Positions 37,779-47,545 of a stretch of 64,000 nucleotides of DNA are shown in pieces; positions within the stretch are counted from its first letter, which is position 1; every line of letters starts with the position of its first letter. The stretch lies in the sequence record PX667085.1; one strand, 5' to 3'. The notes under the pieces are model-generated. The model was not told the DNA's origin and did not search any database. It worked only from the letters and a program-made list of their open reading frames with translations. The stretch is from a phage. The position numbers and the translations under genes were made by a program.

Positions 37779-38234
37779 TTAAACAAAAGATACGCCGATG
37801 GTAGCAACAACCAAACGTTTATAAACTTCAACCTCTTCTGTAGGATTAGCCATTTTATGCTCTGCTGCTTCTTTCAAAGCTTCTTCATAACTTTCAAATC
37901 CAGAAATACAGGTGTCATCAGTCATTACAACATACCACTCTTCTTTTGTTGTATCAACAGGTTCTTCTTGGGGTTTTCCACGACCACCACGAATACCACC
38001 GTCAACAAAATAATCTATATGAGCAGAATTGATTATGTAACGATCCCCATCACTAGCAGTGATAACACCGTCTCTCCCTATCACAACAATTGACAAGATA
38101 TTACCATTTGCATCAGTGCTCAACACCTCGAAAAAATTCTCTCCAATGATAGAAGCAATACTGTTATCAAAGGTAGAATATAGTCGCATATAATCTTCAT
38201 CCTGGAAACGGTAGACATGACCTTCTTTGAACAT
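37779..38234 (-). CDS. MFK-paralog 2
   Basis: MFKEGHVYRF...IGENFFEV...W.VV...VE.Y.R.VVA shared with 38240..38695. Confidence 0.55.
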   Translation of the reverse strand: MFKEGHVYRFQDEDYMRLYSTFDNSIASIIGENFFEVLSTDANGNILSIVVIGRDGVITASDGDRYIINSAHIDYFVDGGIRGGRGKPQEEPVDTTKEEWYVVMTDDTCISGFESYEEALKEAAEHKMANPTEEVEVYKRLVVATIGVSFV

Positions 38235-38239
38235 TGGCT

Positions 38240-38695
38240 TTACTCCTTATCAATAGTGATTGTGGCGTTTGCTACTGCAACACGAGCGTAAATCTCAACC
38301 GTCTTCGACGGATAATCCTTCTTAGCTTTTGTAGCGACTTCAGAAGCTTTTTCAAAACTAGAACAAACATCTACACACTCTGATCCTACGATCACAACAT
38401 GCCATTGTGGTTCTGCTTTACCCATTGTTTCCTCCTTTACTTCTTCAAAATATTTAAATTCTTCGTTATCAATCAAATAAGTATATGAATTAAACCCTGG
38501 GGTAACACCTGCTGTATAAAGGGTACCATTGATATAAAACTCAAGAACATGACCATACTTATCATCTGTATTCATAACTTTGAAAACTTCGTTTCCAATC
38601 GCTTGGCAAACAGCAATATTTGCTTTGTCATGTGTTGCCATATCTCCTTGGTCAGCAACGCTTTTGAATTTATAAGTAAACCCTACTTTAAACAT
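38240..38695 (-). CDS. MFK-paralog 3
   Basis: MFKVGFTYKF...IGNEVFKV...; start at ATG after AAGGAG. Confidence 0.55.
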   Translation of the reverse strand: MFKVGFTYKFKSVADQGDMATHDKANIAVCQAIGNEVFKVMNTDDKYGHVLEFYINGTLYTAGVTPGFNSYTYLIDNEEFKYFEEVKEETMGKAEPQWHVVIVGSECVDVCSSFEKASEVATKAKKDYPSKTVEIYARVAVANATITIDKE

Positions 38696-38882
38696 GATGT
38701 GCTCCTTCTTGTTCAAGAGTAAAAGGAATGATCTCACCATAGCTGTATTGCATGGCATCCACTTCTGCTTCTGCACGTTGTGCTAGTTCTAATGTTGCAC
38801 AGATCTTGTAAGGAACAGTGCTGCATTGGCTCCAACCTGGGGTGTTCTTAGTCACTAAATATACAGTAGTTCCTTTATTCAT
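38688..38882 (-). CDS. hypothetical protein
   Basis: 64-aa ORF. Confidence 0.4.
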   Translation of the reverse strand: MNKGTTVYLVTKNTPGWSQCSTVPYKICATLELAQRAEAEVDAMQYSYGEIIPFTLEQEGAHHV

Positions 38883-39336
38883 AACTTTCTCCTCCTAGTT
38901 CATCATACCATTTCAAAGCGTCTTTTGGAAGCATACCAAAATCTTCTTTCAGTTCTTTTTCAATCTCTTCTTGCATTTCCATTAGCATTTTCAATTGACG
39001 GACTTTTTTGTGCATAGCCACATTCCTTTCATTAAGGTTTGTCACTACATTATTTGCACGACTCGGTGGAAATGACAAAGGTTTCACGGGAAGATAATCT
39101 TCGATATTATCTAATGCGTTACGAAAATTATGATCCAAGAAACGCACATCTACACGATTGTAATCGGCAGCTACAACAGTGAACACTTTAAACGGCACGT
39201 TGGATAAAGTATGTTGCACACAGACAGTACCCATATTACCTTCAATTTTACTGGTAACTTCCAGCAAACCTGTATGAGCACTAACATAATCGTGAACACA
39301 TTGCACATAAGCTGCCAGTATAGTGAATTGTCTCAT
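38875..39336 (-). CDS. hypothetical protein
   Basis: 153-aa ORF. Confidence 0.5.
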   Translation of the reverse strand: MRQFTILAAYVQCVHDYVSAHTGLLEVTSKIEGNMGTVCVQHTLSNVPFKVFTVVAADYNRVDVRFLDHNFRNALDNIEDYLPVKPLSFPPSRANNVVTNLNERNVAMHKKVRQLKMLMEMQEEIEKELKEDFGMLPKDALKWYDELGGESYE

Positions 39337-39572
39337 TTTCTACCTCCCCATAATGCTAACATTTTATTGAAAATAGAAACGCGTCGTGCGCGAGATGCTA
39401 ATGTTATATTATCTTCCTCGGCACGTTGCAAGTAGCGATCACACTTAATCAAAGCTTGCGTCTTCTCTTTTAGAGTTTGCGTGTTCATCCACTCTGTCTC
39501 AGAGTAGTGATTGTAGAAGTATTCTGTATCCAGAACATTCATAGCTATCTCATTATCTACTGGAAGGATCAT
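39333..39572 (-). CDS. hypothetical protein
   Basis: 79-aa ORF. Confidence 0.45.
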   Translation of the reverse strand: MILPVDNEIAMNVLDTEYFYNHYSETEWMNTQTLKEKTQALIKCDRYLQRAEEDNITLASRARRVSIFNKMLALWGGRK

Positions 39573-39790
39573 TGTACCTGCTCCGCATCCTTCAAGTTTT
39601 TAATGAAGTAACGACCAACCGGATTCCCTCGGAAGTATTCGTTAATGAAATCGATAACACACGTTTCACTGCCTGTCACAACGGACGGCTTAAAGTTTTG
39701 GAATTCTACAGCTACACGGCTGGCTTTAGCCAGTGCTTGCACACGTGTAGGATCAGTCAAGAACATTGTGACAGTTTTCAAATTCTTCAT
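39569..39790 (-). CDS. hypothetical protein
   Basis: 73-aa ORF. Confidence 0.45.
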   Translation of the reverse strand: MKNLKTVTMFLTDPTRVQALAKASRVAVEFQNFKPSVVTGSETCVIDFINEYFRGNPVGRYFIKNLKDAEQVQ

Positions 39791-39834
39791 CTCCTCATTG
39801 GCTATCTGTTATGCCATCCATTATACAGACATTT

Positions 39835-40203
39835 TTATTCAATGCAAGCATTATTTGCATCTTCAATTCTGTCTTTCACCCACTGAAGACGTAACGTGTT
39901 GGTATGACACGCCAAGTTTATACACTCTGAAAGGTAATCCATGCAATCCGCATTGAACGGAAGATTATAGTCCAGCCCTGCACATGTAAATTGTTTCCTC
40001 ATTTCATATTTCAAACGGTCCAACAAACTATCCCGCCATCTTCTATCTTCTTCTCTAGTTGTCTCACCAACAAAATCATTTACATAATCTACCAGACAAC
40101 CACATAAGCCACTCGTTGTGCGATTCATTGCAGGATAGTTGGCAATCCATGCTTTATAGAAGCGAAGCAATGTTGCACTGCTCAACGGAATACTATTTGT
40201 CAT
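39835..40203 (-). CDS. paralog-family protein F
   Basis: FYKAWIANY...SGLCGCL...LPFN...CH...LRLQWVKDRI. Confidence 0.6.
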   Translation of the reverse strand: MTNSIPLSSATLLRFYKAWIANYPAMNRTTSGLCGCLVDYVNDFVGETTREEDRRWRDSLLDRLKYEMRKQFTCAGLDYNLPFNADCMDYLSECINLACHTNTLRLQWVKDRIEDANNACIE

Positions 40204-40537
40204 TTTTCTCTCCTTCGTAATCCTGAATTCTATCTAGCACCCATTGTATACGATGTTTGTTTTTATGGCAAATAAGTTTTTTATGTTCGAAGGTGTATTC
40301 TTCATAACCACCTTCATTGAACGGGAAATTGTAATCTAATCCTGCACCAATAAACTGGGATTTCATCTCTTGTTGTAGACGAGGTAACAGTTCATCAGGG
40401 TATGTTCCCTCTACATACTTAATCAAACATATGCACAAACCACTCGTTGTGTGACCTTCTACCTCACCAGCAAACCAAGCTTTGTAAAACTTCATTAGAC
40501 GTAAGCTACTCAAGGGAACATTTTTACTCTCTTGCAT
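40193..40537 (-). CDS. paralog-family protein G
   Basis: FYKAWFAGE...SGLCICL...FPFN...CH...HRIQWVLDRI; tandem with F. Confidence 0.6.
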   Translation of the reverse strand: MQESKNVPLSSLRLMKFYKAWFAGEVEGHTTSGLCICLIKYVEGTYPDELLPRLQQEMKSQFIGAGLDYNFPFNEGGYEEYTFEHKKLICHKNKHRIQWVLDRIQDYEGEKNDK

Positions 40538-40559
40538 GACAATCTCCTCTCATCGTTAG

Positions 40560-42030
40560 CCATCTTTCATGGCAATCATCAATCACCAACATCATACGAT
40601 CAATCTTCGGCAATTACAATCGAATTATCATAGGGGATTCCTATCAATTATCCTATATATACCGATTATTTTTGACACCCCATTCTTGTATAAAAAGTAA
40701 CCCAAAATATCTACGGGGAGAGATTATTTCGACACACCCTGTTTCATGGCAATCACGGCAAGAATATCTAATAGAATCAATATGATATGGCAAAAATCAT
40801 GGCGTATACGTAAGAAGTGCTTAACGCGAATTTTCGGGCCGTCAGGTCCACGCAGCGACAATTCCCAAATATCATGCGAATGAGAATAATTATCATTCGT
40901 ATTCAATGACTTATGCAAGGCTCATGCCAACGTAGCGACAAGGTGGGCCACTCGATTATAAATCACACAAACACTTATTTATCAATGGCTTGGCAACTTC
41001 ATCATATGACGGAACAATGTCAACTAATCCCGCTCATGACAAGCAGACTATTATTTATATGAGAATGATTATTATTTAAACGTTTATTAACATAAAAACT
41101 AAAATAAATCAAGATTATTCTGATTTTATTTACGTTTAAGAGAAGATGCTCAACATCCTACCGGATCGCCGTTGGCAATCCTCGGATATTTACGCCCCCA
41201 TGATTAAGGTTTATCTCTTTCTTAGTGCTCAACATTCCCGCCCGTGGCGGTAACATTTCGCCCCCAAAATTATTGACTTTTATTCTATTATGTGCATAGT
41301 GTGCAATGTATCGGAATGATGATAATCATCCTCCCATTGCCCCCAATAATTATTGCCATGCTAATGATTTCATATTGTAACCATTACAATGATTATTGTT
41401 ATTGCGCTAATGTTATGATCTTGGTAATTACATATAATGCTAATAATAAGCCAGCGCAATAAGTGTAAGCGTCATTACGCTTGCAATTATTGCAAGCTAC
41501 GCAGTAACAAGAAATAACCATCACCGATGGTTATGATTGTTGGGGTGTAGTTGGCTTATTATTAGCTCGCTATGTGTCCGGCATAGCGTGCTAATGATGA
41601 TCCTGGGAATGATTCGTTTTGTAATGATTTCATTCAGTCACTATTATGGCAATAGTTATTATTTTAATGGTTTCGTTTGTTATTGTTCGTTAGTTGGTTG
41701 TTTTGTCGTGTTATCGTTATCTTGCTTAGTATTCATCATGGTTTGATTGTTTGTCGTTATCAATCATCTTGCTATTATTCCTTTGATTATGATTAGTTTG
41801 CTTATTGTTTTAGGTTGTTGGTTAGTTAGTTGTTGCGAACTGTTATCAACATTATAGTTATGCGCTTATATTGCATATATAATCATGTATAGATGATAAT
41901 GGTTATCATTGCACTAGAAAGGAGGTAAAAGGGTGTTTTTGATGGTTTGTTGTTGGTTGTTGATCGATTTTAACCGCTATAAATGGCTCTCTAACAGCCT
42001 GTTACCCTGGGAGGTATGGTTATTCGTTTA
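40560..42030. repeat. 1.4-kb non-coding palindrome- and repeat-rich region (candidate origin/regulatory hub)
   Basis: No convincing ORF; GAGAATrATTATyATT at 40882 and 41061, ATGATAATCAT-type palindromes, T/G-rich short repeats. Confidence 0.5.
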
Positions 42031-42111
42031 ATGGTTGATTAGCTCGATACCGCGATTTATTCAATTTTGTTCTGTGTCGGTTTTTCATAGGGGAAAGCTA
42101 TCAACATTGTT

Positions 42112-42154
42112 CGGGCAAAAAGAAAGGGCGCTTGGTGCGCCCCTTGTTTTGTTG
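42112..42154. terminator. bidirectional intrinsic terminator
   Basis: GGGCGCTTGGTGCGCCCC hairpin flanked by A- and T-tracts. Confidence 0.65.
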
Positions 42155-42158
42155 TCAA

Positions 42159-42578
42159 TTATAACGCTTCATAGATTGAGTAGATCCGGTTTGCCAGGTC
42201 ATTACGAAAGCGGAATTTTTCATCACGTTTGATCATCAGATCCTTAAAACCGCATTCTTTCAGTGCTTCATTAACTTTATGGCGGCAAACGTTCATATTA
42301 TCCTGCGCGTCACCAATAAACTTATTGCTGTGATGCATTGCTTTGATCTCTTCCTCTAATACCAGGGCAACTACACGGATCGGATCAAGCTGATATGCGG
42401 TAACATCCATGCGGCATTGTAAACGGCTTTTAACATCGTTTACCGGATATACTGCAACCTCTTCCCCGTCAACGTTCACGATAACCAATTTACCATCGAT
42501 TTCGAAGCCTTTGGCGGCGCTACCGTGACAAAAAGCGTTATCGAAGGAGTAAGCTGGATTATTTGATTTAATGTTCAT
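42159..42578 (-). CDS. hypothetical protein
   Basis: 139-aa ORF; promoter TTGACA within CCCCTATTGACAGGGG upstream. Confidence 0.55.
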   Translation of the reverse strand: MNIKSNNPAYSFDNAFCHGSAAKGFEIDGKLVIVNVDGEEVAVYPVNDVKSRLQCRMDVTAYQLDPIRVVALVLEEEIKAMHHSNKFIGDAQDNMNVCRHKVNEALKECGFKDLMIKRDEKFRFRNDLANRIYSIYEAL

Positions 42579-42688
42579 GGTGTTGTCCTTTGTTTCGTTT
42601 CGTTGTTTGCTGCCAGTGAGTTAAATATAATATAACGCCGATCCCCTGTCAATAGGGGATAGCGCATTATTTACATTTCTTTACGTTA

Positions 42689-42709
42689 AAGGGCGCTTGG
42701 TGCGCCCTT
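42689..42709 (-). terminator. terminator-like hairpin
   Basis: AAGGGCGCTTGGTGCGCCCTT, same hairpin as 42126-42143. Confidence 0.45.
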
Positions 42710-42717
42710 GTATAATC

Positions 42718-43086
42718 TTACTTTGTGCTGTTGTAAACGTTATCGCGTTCAACCATCACGGCAAGGCGGATCAGTTGATCAGTTGTATCGCGTAAATTGT
42801 CGGGCCATGTTTTACTGTTCCAGCTATCCAGGTTTGACTGTATATAGGTTTCAATGGCTTGATCCATATTATCAAACAAGTTTTCCTCCAGGCTCTCGGC
42901 TGTTTCACACTGGAAAGCATTAGCGACACTATTAATCAATAAGCAAGCCAGTAAATCAGCATTACGCCAATTTTTACGGATAGTTTCATCTGTCAAATAA
43001 CCAACGAGATTAACCTTTGCGCCAGTGGTTGACGTTGCGATCACTTCTTGTGCTTTTTCAAGTGCTTTAATTGCTGATTTGCTCAT
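42718..43086 (-). CDS. hypothetical protein
   Basis: ORF; start at internal ATG (MSKSAIK) after AGAGGAAAAG. Confidence 0.5.
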   Translation of the reverse strand: MSKSAIKALEKAQEVIATSTTGAKVNLVGYLTDETIRKNWRNADLLACLLINSVANAFQCETAESLEENLFDNMDQAIETYIQSNLDSWNSKTWPDNLRDTTDQLIRLAVMVERDNVYNSTK

Positions 43087-43164
43087 CTTCTTTTCCTCTT
43101 TGTGGGCTTGCTGTATTGCTCGCCCTACGCAATAACTATAAATTAACAGGAGAAACAAAGCAAG

Positions 43165-43398
43165 CTATTTTTTATAAAATTTTTCTGCTGTGATATTCTT
43201 CCCAGTAGGCTTAACCACTTGCAAGATCTTATCATGTGCCGAACGTCCAAAAGAGTAAGATCCGTACACGGTAAACCAATAATCCCCGTTCGGTTGAACG
43301 GTTACGGCGGCGTACGGTGTACCTCTTTCATTATCCCCGATAAAGTGAGAAACATTACCGTTAACATTTGGTTTAGTGCTTTTAATTTGTTCGATCAT
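43165..43398 (-). CDS. hypothetical protein
   Basis: 77-aa ORF preceded by PeSL-like cassette. Confidence 0.5.
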   Translation of the reverse strand: MIEQIKSTKPNVNGNVSHFIGDNERGTPYAAVTVQPNGDYWFTVYGSYSFGRSAHDKILQVVKPTGKNITAEKFYKK

Positions 43399-43416
43399 GA
43401 TATGACTCCTAAATCA

Positions 43417-43475
43417 GGCGGGAAACATTCCCGCCCTACGTGATAAATGATAATGTAAGCGTGATCCGGTGTCAA
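43417..43475 (-). promoter_or_regulatory. PeSL-like cassette: TTGACA-17-TATCAT promoter plus 5' stem-loop GGCGGGAA-ACA-TTCCCGCC
   Basis: -35 at 43470-43475, -10 at 43447-43452, hairpin at 43417-43435, RBS and ATG at 43398. Confidence 0.6.
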
Positions 43476-43787
43476 TAGGTAGGATTGTAAAGATTTGATA
43501 GTTTATCTCTTTGATGTTTTGTTGTTTGATAGATGTTAGCTATCAATATATAGCGGGGTCGTCCGGTGATTATCTTCCCCTGCTCCCAGGTGCCGCCCGT
43601 TCAATAAGTATAACAAAAAACAGGACAAAAACAAGCCCTGTTTATTTATCTTAAAACCAGTTGCCAACCGTTTCCAATAGGTCACTGACTACCAGGACAA
43701 CATTAATCAGCACATATTCGACCAGGAAGGGAATAAGCGCCAGCGTTGCTACTACGATCCCCATTGTGATGATTACCTTTCTCATGG

Positions 43788-44072
43788 TTAGCGGCTTACG
43801 TAAGCTTTACCGTTTACGGTCATCGGTATGGCCTCAAGGTCTGGATCTTCCTTAAGGTCGCGTGCAAGCTCACCGCAGCGGATACCCTCGAATCCGTAGT
43901 ACTCTGTTGTGCCGTCCTGGAAAGTTTTAGCGGCAAGGCATAGGCGATAATTAACGCCGATCCGGTTTATTGCGTTGATATCGGTTAACGTGATGGATTC
44001 AGGCAAATCATTAGCCATTACAGGCGTGTTAATACCAACAACCAGGGCAACTACTGCGATCATCTTTTTCAT
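43788..44072 (-). CDS. secreted/periplasmic protein (signal peptide)
   Basis: MKKMIAVVALVVGINTPVMA N-terminus. Confidence 0.5.
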   Translation of the reverse strand: MKKMIAVVALVVGINTPVMANDLPESITLTDINAINRIGVNYRLCLAAKTFQDGTTEYYGFEGIRCGELARDLKEDPDLEAIPMTVNGKAYVSR

Positions 44073-44127
44073 GTGTCTATCCTCTTCCTATTGCGTTTAA
44101 TGGGGGCGTTACCGCCCTGCTTATGGT

Positions 44128-44364
44128 TTATTGATTGATGTTATAATGAAAATTATTTTCTTCAATAGCTTTTAAAATAAAAGCCGTGATCGCTTTCGTG
44201 TCTACTTGTTCGAACGTATCAGAATAGCACCAATAATAATCATCCCCTACTTTCGGCGGGTAAACCTGGACAAGGAGATCGCCACCTGGTTGATCTATAA
44301 GCTCAACATGCAAGCCGGATGATTCAGCGGTTTTAACGGCGTTTAATACTGTTGCAATACTCAT
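44128..44364 (-). CDS. hypothetical protein
   Basis: 78-aa ORF; hairpin GGGGCG-TTG-CCGCCCC upstream. Confidence 0.5.
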   Translation of the reverse strand: MSIATVLNAVKTAESSGLHVELIDQPGGDLLVQVYPPKVGDDYYWCYSDTFEQVDTKAITAFILKAIEENNFHYNINQ

Positions 44365-44408
44365 AATCTTTCCCTTTCTGATGTGGGGCGTTGCCGCCCC
44401 TTTGTTGA

Positions 44409-44708
44409 TTAGATCGCTGTTTCCAGTAGTTCGGCTAACGTCTTACCGCCTGATAGTTGGTCTAACGTTTGCTCTTCTGGCAAGAAATTAGCTGATATCA
44501 AACCGACTTGATTCCCTTTGTGCCAATTAGCTTGACGGATGATTCCATCCTTTAAGGATTTTACCGCCATTGTGCAACCGTCGCCAAATGATTCATTTTT
44601 ATGATCCATCACTTCGTAAGCGCCCAGTTTGCTGCTGTTAGGCACCATTAACGCGAATACATCACCAACAACCAGTTTTTCTACGGTAACAATAGCGATA
44701 GTTTCCAT
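44409..44708 (-). CDS. hypothetical protein
   Basis: 99-aa ORF preceded by PeSL-like cassette. Confidence 0.5.
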   Translation of the reverse strand: METIAIVTVEKLVVGDVFALMVPNSSKLGAYEVMDHKNESFGDGCTMAVKSLKDGIIRQANWHKGNQVGLISANFLPEEQTLDQLSGGKTLAELLETAI

Positions 44709-44726
44709 TTTACTTTCCTCATTATT

Positions 44727-44783
44727 GGCGGCACCATTGCCGCCCTACGTGGTAAATATTAGCACACTGGCGATCTGTGTCAA
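44727..44783 (-). promoter_or_regulatory. PeSL-like cassette (TTGACA-16-TAATAT, hairpin GGCGGCA-CCAT-TGCCGCC)
   Basis: Hairpin at 44727-44744, -35 at 44778-44783. Confidence 0.6.
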
Positions 44784-44789
44784 TACTTT

Positions 44790-45176
44790 TTATTCAATAT
44801 AAATCAAATTATCTTCACCAATGTAAGCCGACACGTTCGGCATAAACTTAGCTGCATTGGTTAGGCGGTTGGCTGTGTTAGTGGTGTATATTTCAGGGCG
44901 ATCCCAAAAGCCTACGCCGTGACCGTTACGGGTAAAATGTAAATCATTCCCGATCTGGTTGGCTGTTGCGCCGTCGCTCATTGCCTCAGAGATAGCGGCA
45001 AGATTAGCATTAATAAAGGCTGTTACATCCTGGGCGATCCGTTCGTCCGCGCTAGGAGAAAAATCATAATCGTCTAAGTTATCAATAAAATTACCTTCAT
45101 GATCCCTTGCTGATTCAGCAAAAATAAAGGCTTCTTTATAGCCGTTGATGATTTCAATAATGATTTCTGTTTTCAT
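44790..45176 (-). CDS. hypothetical protein
   Basis: 128-aa ORF. Confidence 0.5.
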   Translation of the reverse strand: MKTEIIIEIINGYKEAFIFAESARDHEGNFIDNLDDYDFSPSADERIAQDVTAFINANLAAISEAMSDGATANQIGNDLHFTRNGHGVGFWDRPEIYTTNTANRLTNAAKFMPNVSAYIGEDNLIYIE

Positions 45177-45397
45177 GCTGTACGCTCGACAATAATAATA
45201 GTTTGCGGGATCTCGTTTTCTACTACTAACAAGGCTTTTTTCTGTGTGATAGATATTTTAACACGTTGTAAAGTAGCGGTAAAATCTTTCATTTCATTAT
45301 GCGCGGATTTAGTACAATGCCAGATCTCAGGCTTACCAACTTGTAAGCCGCGTAAAAATTCCGTTTTGCCTGTTTTGTTCGTGATCATTTGTTTCAC
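45173..45397 (-). CDS. hypothetical protein
   Basis: 74-aa ORF. Confidence 0.45.
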   Translation of the reverse strand: MKQMITNKTGKTEFLRGLQVGKPEIWHCTKSAHNEMKDFTATLQRVKISITQKKALLVVENEIPQTIIIVERTA

Positions 45398-45768
45398 CTT
45401 AACCGATACCGTGGGAAGATAGGATCATATTAGCCATAGTTGCAACTACTCCAACCGATAACGCCAGGCCAACCACTGCAACCGTGAAAATTTTCTCTAA
45501 CATGATTCTACCCTCATTAATGGGCGTTGCACCATTGCCCCGCCCTACGTAATACACTTTACTAGATAACAAATTATTGTCAAGCTTTATTTTACTTCCC
45601 AAACGGAAAATTCGCTGCCTGTTGGGATCATTTTTTTAATCTTGTTTGCTGCCGCTACCAGGTCAACGGCTTGTACTGTAATAATATAACCAATTGTCGA
45701 GGCTGTTGCGTTGAAAGTTTTCATTATATTGCCCTTTAATACAGGCGGGATTAATCCCGCCTTTTTGA

Positions 45769-45939
45769 TTACTCTTCATTATCGCCGTTATAGTATTCAA
45801 TGCCGTTTTCATCGGTTACGGTGATGTTAACGCCACCGATAGCAACACGATCACGGGCAAACGTCATAGCTTCATTTAAATCTTCAGACCAAAAAATATT
45901 GTGACCTTTGCGCGATACATAAAACATAGTCGGGATCAT
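45769..45939 (-). CDS. hypothetical small protein (57 aa)
   Basis: Table ORF 45769..46023 trimmed to ATG downstream of hairpin 45963-45983. Confidence 0.45.
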   Translation of the reverse strand: MIPTMFYVSRKGHNIFWSEDLNEAMTFARDRVAIGGVNITVTDENGIEYYNGDNEE

Positions 45940-46024
45940 GATTTGTTTCTCTTCTGTTATGAGCGGTGGACCATTCCGCCGCCCTATGTGGTAAACTTTA
46001 CTACGTTGTTTGCCTGCTGTCAAA

Positions 46025-46309
46025 CTATTTTTTAATGTTTTGCCCTACAAAATCGATCACTTCCTTAAGCTGTCTCTCTGTCATGATCGTACCTGGTAAC
46101 TCTTCTTTAATTTCTTCCGGTAAATAGATATTACCGCGCCAGGTTAACAAACAACCGTTTTGATCTTCGCAGATAGAATAAGAAAACATCCACTCGCAAT
46201 CATTTTCAAGCTCCCAAAAACACAAAAAGTCTTCTTTCCCTAAGTTTTCAACGGTTAAACATAATCCGCGACGTGCTGCATAATTAGTTAGGCTTTTTGT
46301 GATTTTCAT
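46025..46309 (-). CDS. hypothetical protein
   Basis: Table ORF trimmed to MKITKSL start below hairpin at 46331-46346. Confidence 0.5.
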   Translation of the reverse strand: MKITKSLTNYAARRGLCLTVENLGKEDFLCFWELENDCEWMFSYSICEDQNGCLLTWRGNIYLPEEIKEELPGTIMTERQLKEVIDFVGQNIKK

Positions 46310-46507
46310 GATTTTTCTCTCTTCTTGTGAGCGGCACCATTGCCGCCCTACAAGATACATATTACCAGATTAAGCGGACTTGTCAAACTATTTTTTCTTT
46401 TTCTTTGCTTTCAATCGTCTAAGGTTACGGCTGGACTTATTGCGCAAGGCGCTTAGATCGTCGTACCCTTTCCATGCTTGCATATCTTTCGGATTCATGT
46501 TATCCCC

Positions 46508-46669
46508 TTACTTGTTAGCCGGATCATATACCAGGACCGCGCCGCTTGCTTTCACGCTTTCCGCTTCATAGTTGCGCAGATCGTTTTCTGTAAGATTGAG
46601 CGCGATCACTTCCTCGATCTCAACGCCAGCGGCAAGGGCGATCTCTTTGATAATATCTGTTGTTTTCAT
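46508..46669 (-). CDS. hypothetical small protein
   Basis: ATG (MKTTDII) after AAGGTG; table start lies in upstream gene. Confidence 0.4.
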   Translation of the reverse strand: MKTTDIIKEIALAAGVEIEEVIALNLTENDLRNYEAESVKASGAVLVYDPANK

Positions 46670-46897
46670 GGTGTGCACCTTATAAGATGATTGATAAGAT
46701 AGTGACAACGAAAGCGATTATACTGATGGCAAATGTCATCTTTTTACCTTCGGATACTGCCGGATTTTCTACCGTGTATTCTACTGTGTACTTGCTCATC
46801 GTGTAATCCTCTCGTTTGCTTTGGGAACTATTCCCGCCGCCCTATGAATTAAATATACACTATCTCAAAATGATTGCAAGCCTTTTTCTAAATTACT

Positions 46898-47182
46898 TTA
46901 TTCAGTAAACAAACCATCATTTACAACGGCGGCGATGATCTCCCGTGCCATTGATTCAGGGAAAGGGGCGCTATAGTCCTGGCTTGTCTCATCGGTATCG
47001 GTGATCCAATGATAAGCTAACGAGTAAAAGCCTTTACTAACTGTTTTCAGTGAGATGATGATCACTCGGTCAAGCTTATTGGTGAATGTTGCCGTTAATG
47101 TGTTACCCTCCTGCGTCATGTTGGACAAGTAAGCGAGATCATTAATCAGGGAAAACATTAGCACGGTGTTAGCTTTACTCAT
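46898..47182 (-). CDS. hypothetical protein
   Basis: Trimmed to MSKANTV start below hairpin 47203-47218. Confidence 0.5.
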   Translation of the reverse strand: MSKANTVLMFSLINDLAYLSNMTQEGNTLTATFTNKLDRVIIISLKTVSKGFYSLAYHWITDTDETSQDYSAPFPESMAREIIAAVVNDGLFTE

Positions 47183-47253
47183 GATTGCATCCTCAAAGGG
47201 GCGCGGCACTATTGCCGCCCTACACGATAACTATAACACAATGTAAAACAGGG

Positions 47254-47460
47254 TCAACCTTTATTTTTCCACGGTGTCAGCTTGTTAATCATTGGTGATA
47301 AATAGCGTTTACCAACGTAAAACAGTACGCCAACTGATGCAACGGCGGCGACCTCATGCATAGCCGACGGGAAACGGGTATCATAATAAGATCCAATAAT
47401 AGCAATAGCGGCAACGGCTGCAACGTCGATAATGATTTTCTCTTGTTTTGCGGTGATCAT
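47254..47460 (-). CDS. small membrane protein
   Basis: IIIDVAAVAAIAIIGSYY hydrophobic segment; hairpin 47483-47497 upstream. Confidence 0.5.
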   Translation of the reverse strand: MITAKQEKIIIDVAAVAAIAIIGSYYDTRFPSAMHEVAAVASVGVLFYVGKRYLSPMINKLTPWKNKG

Positions 47461-47545
47461 AGTATTTACCTTTTTGTATGGTGGGGAACTATTCCCCGCC
47501 TGATGTAATACAGTTTAACAGGTCCGGTTATGGTGTCAACCACTT

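Noticed and set aside
40724-41746. Table ORFs 40724-40918 (-) and 41537-41746 (+)
   Set aside because: They lie within palindrome- and repeat-rich non-coding DNA, have no RBS, and their composition is driven by the repeats.
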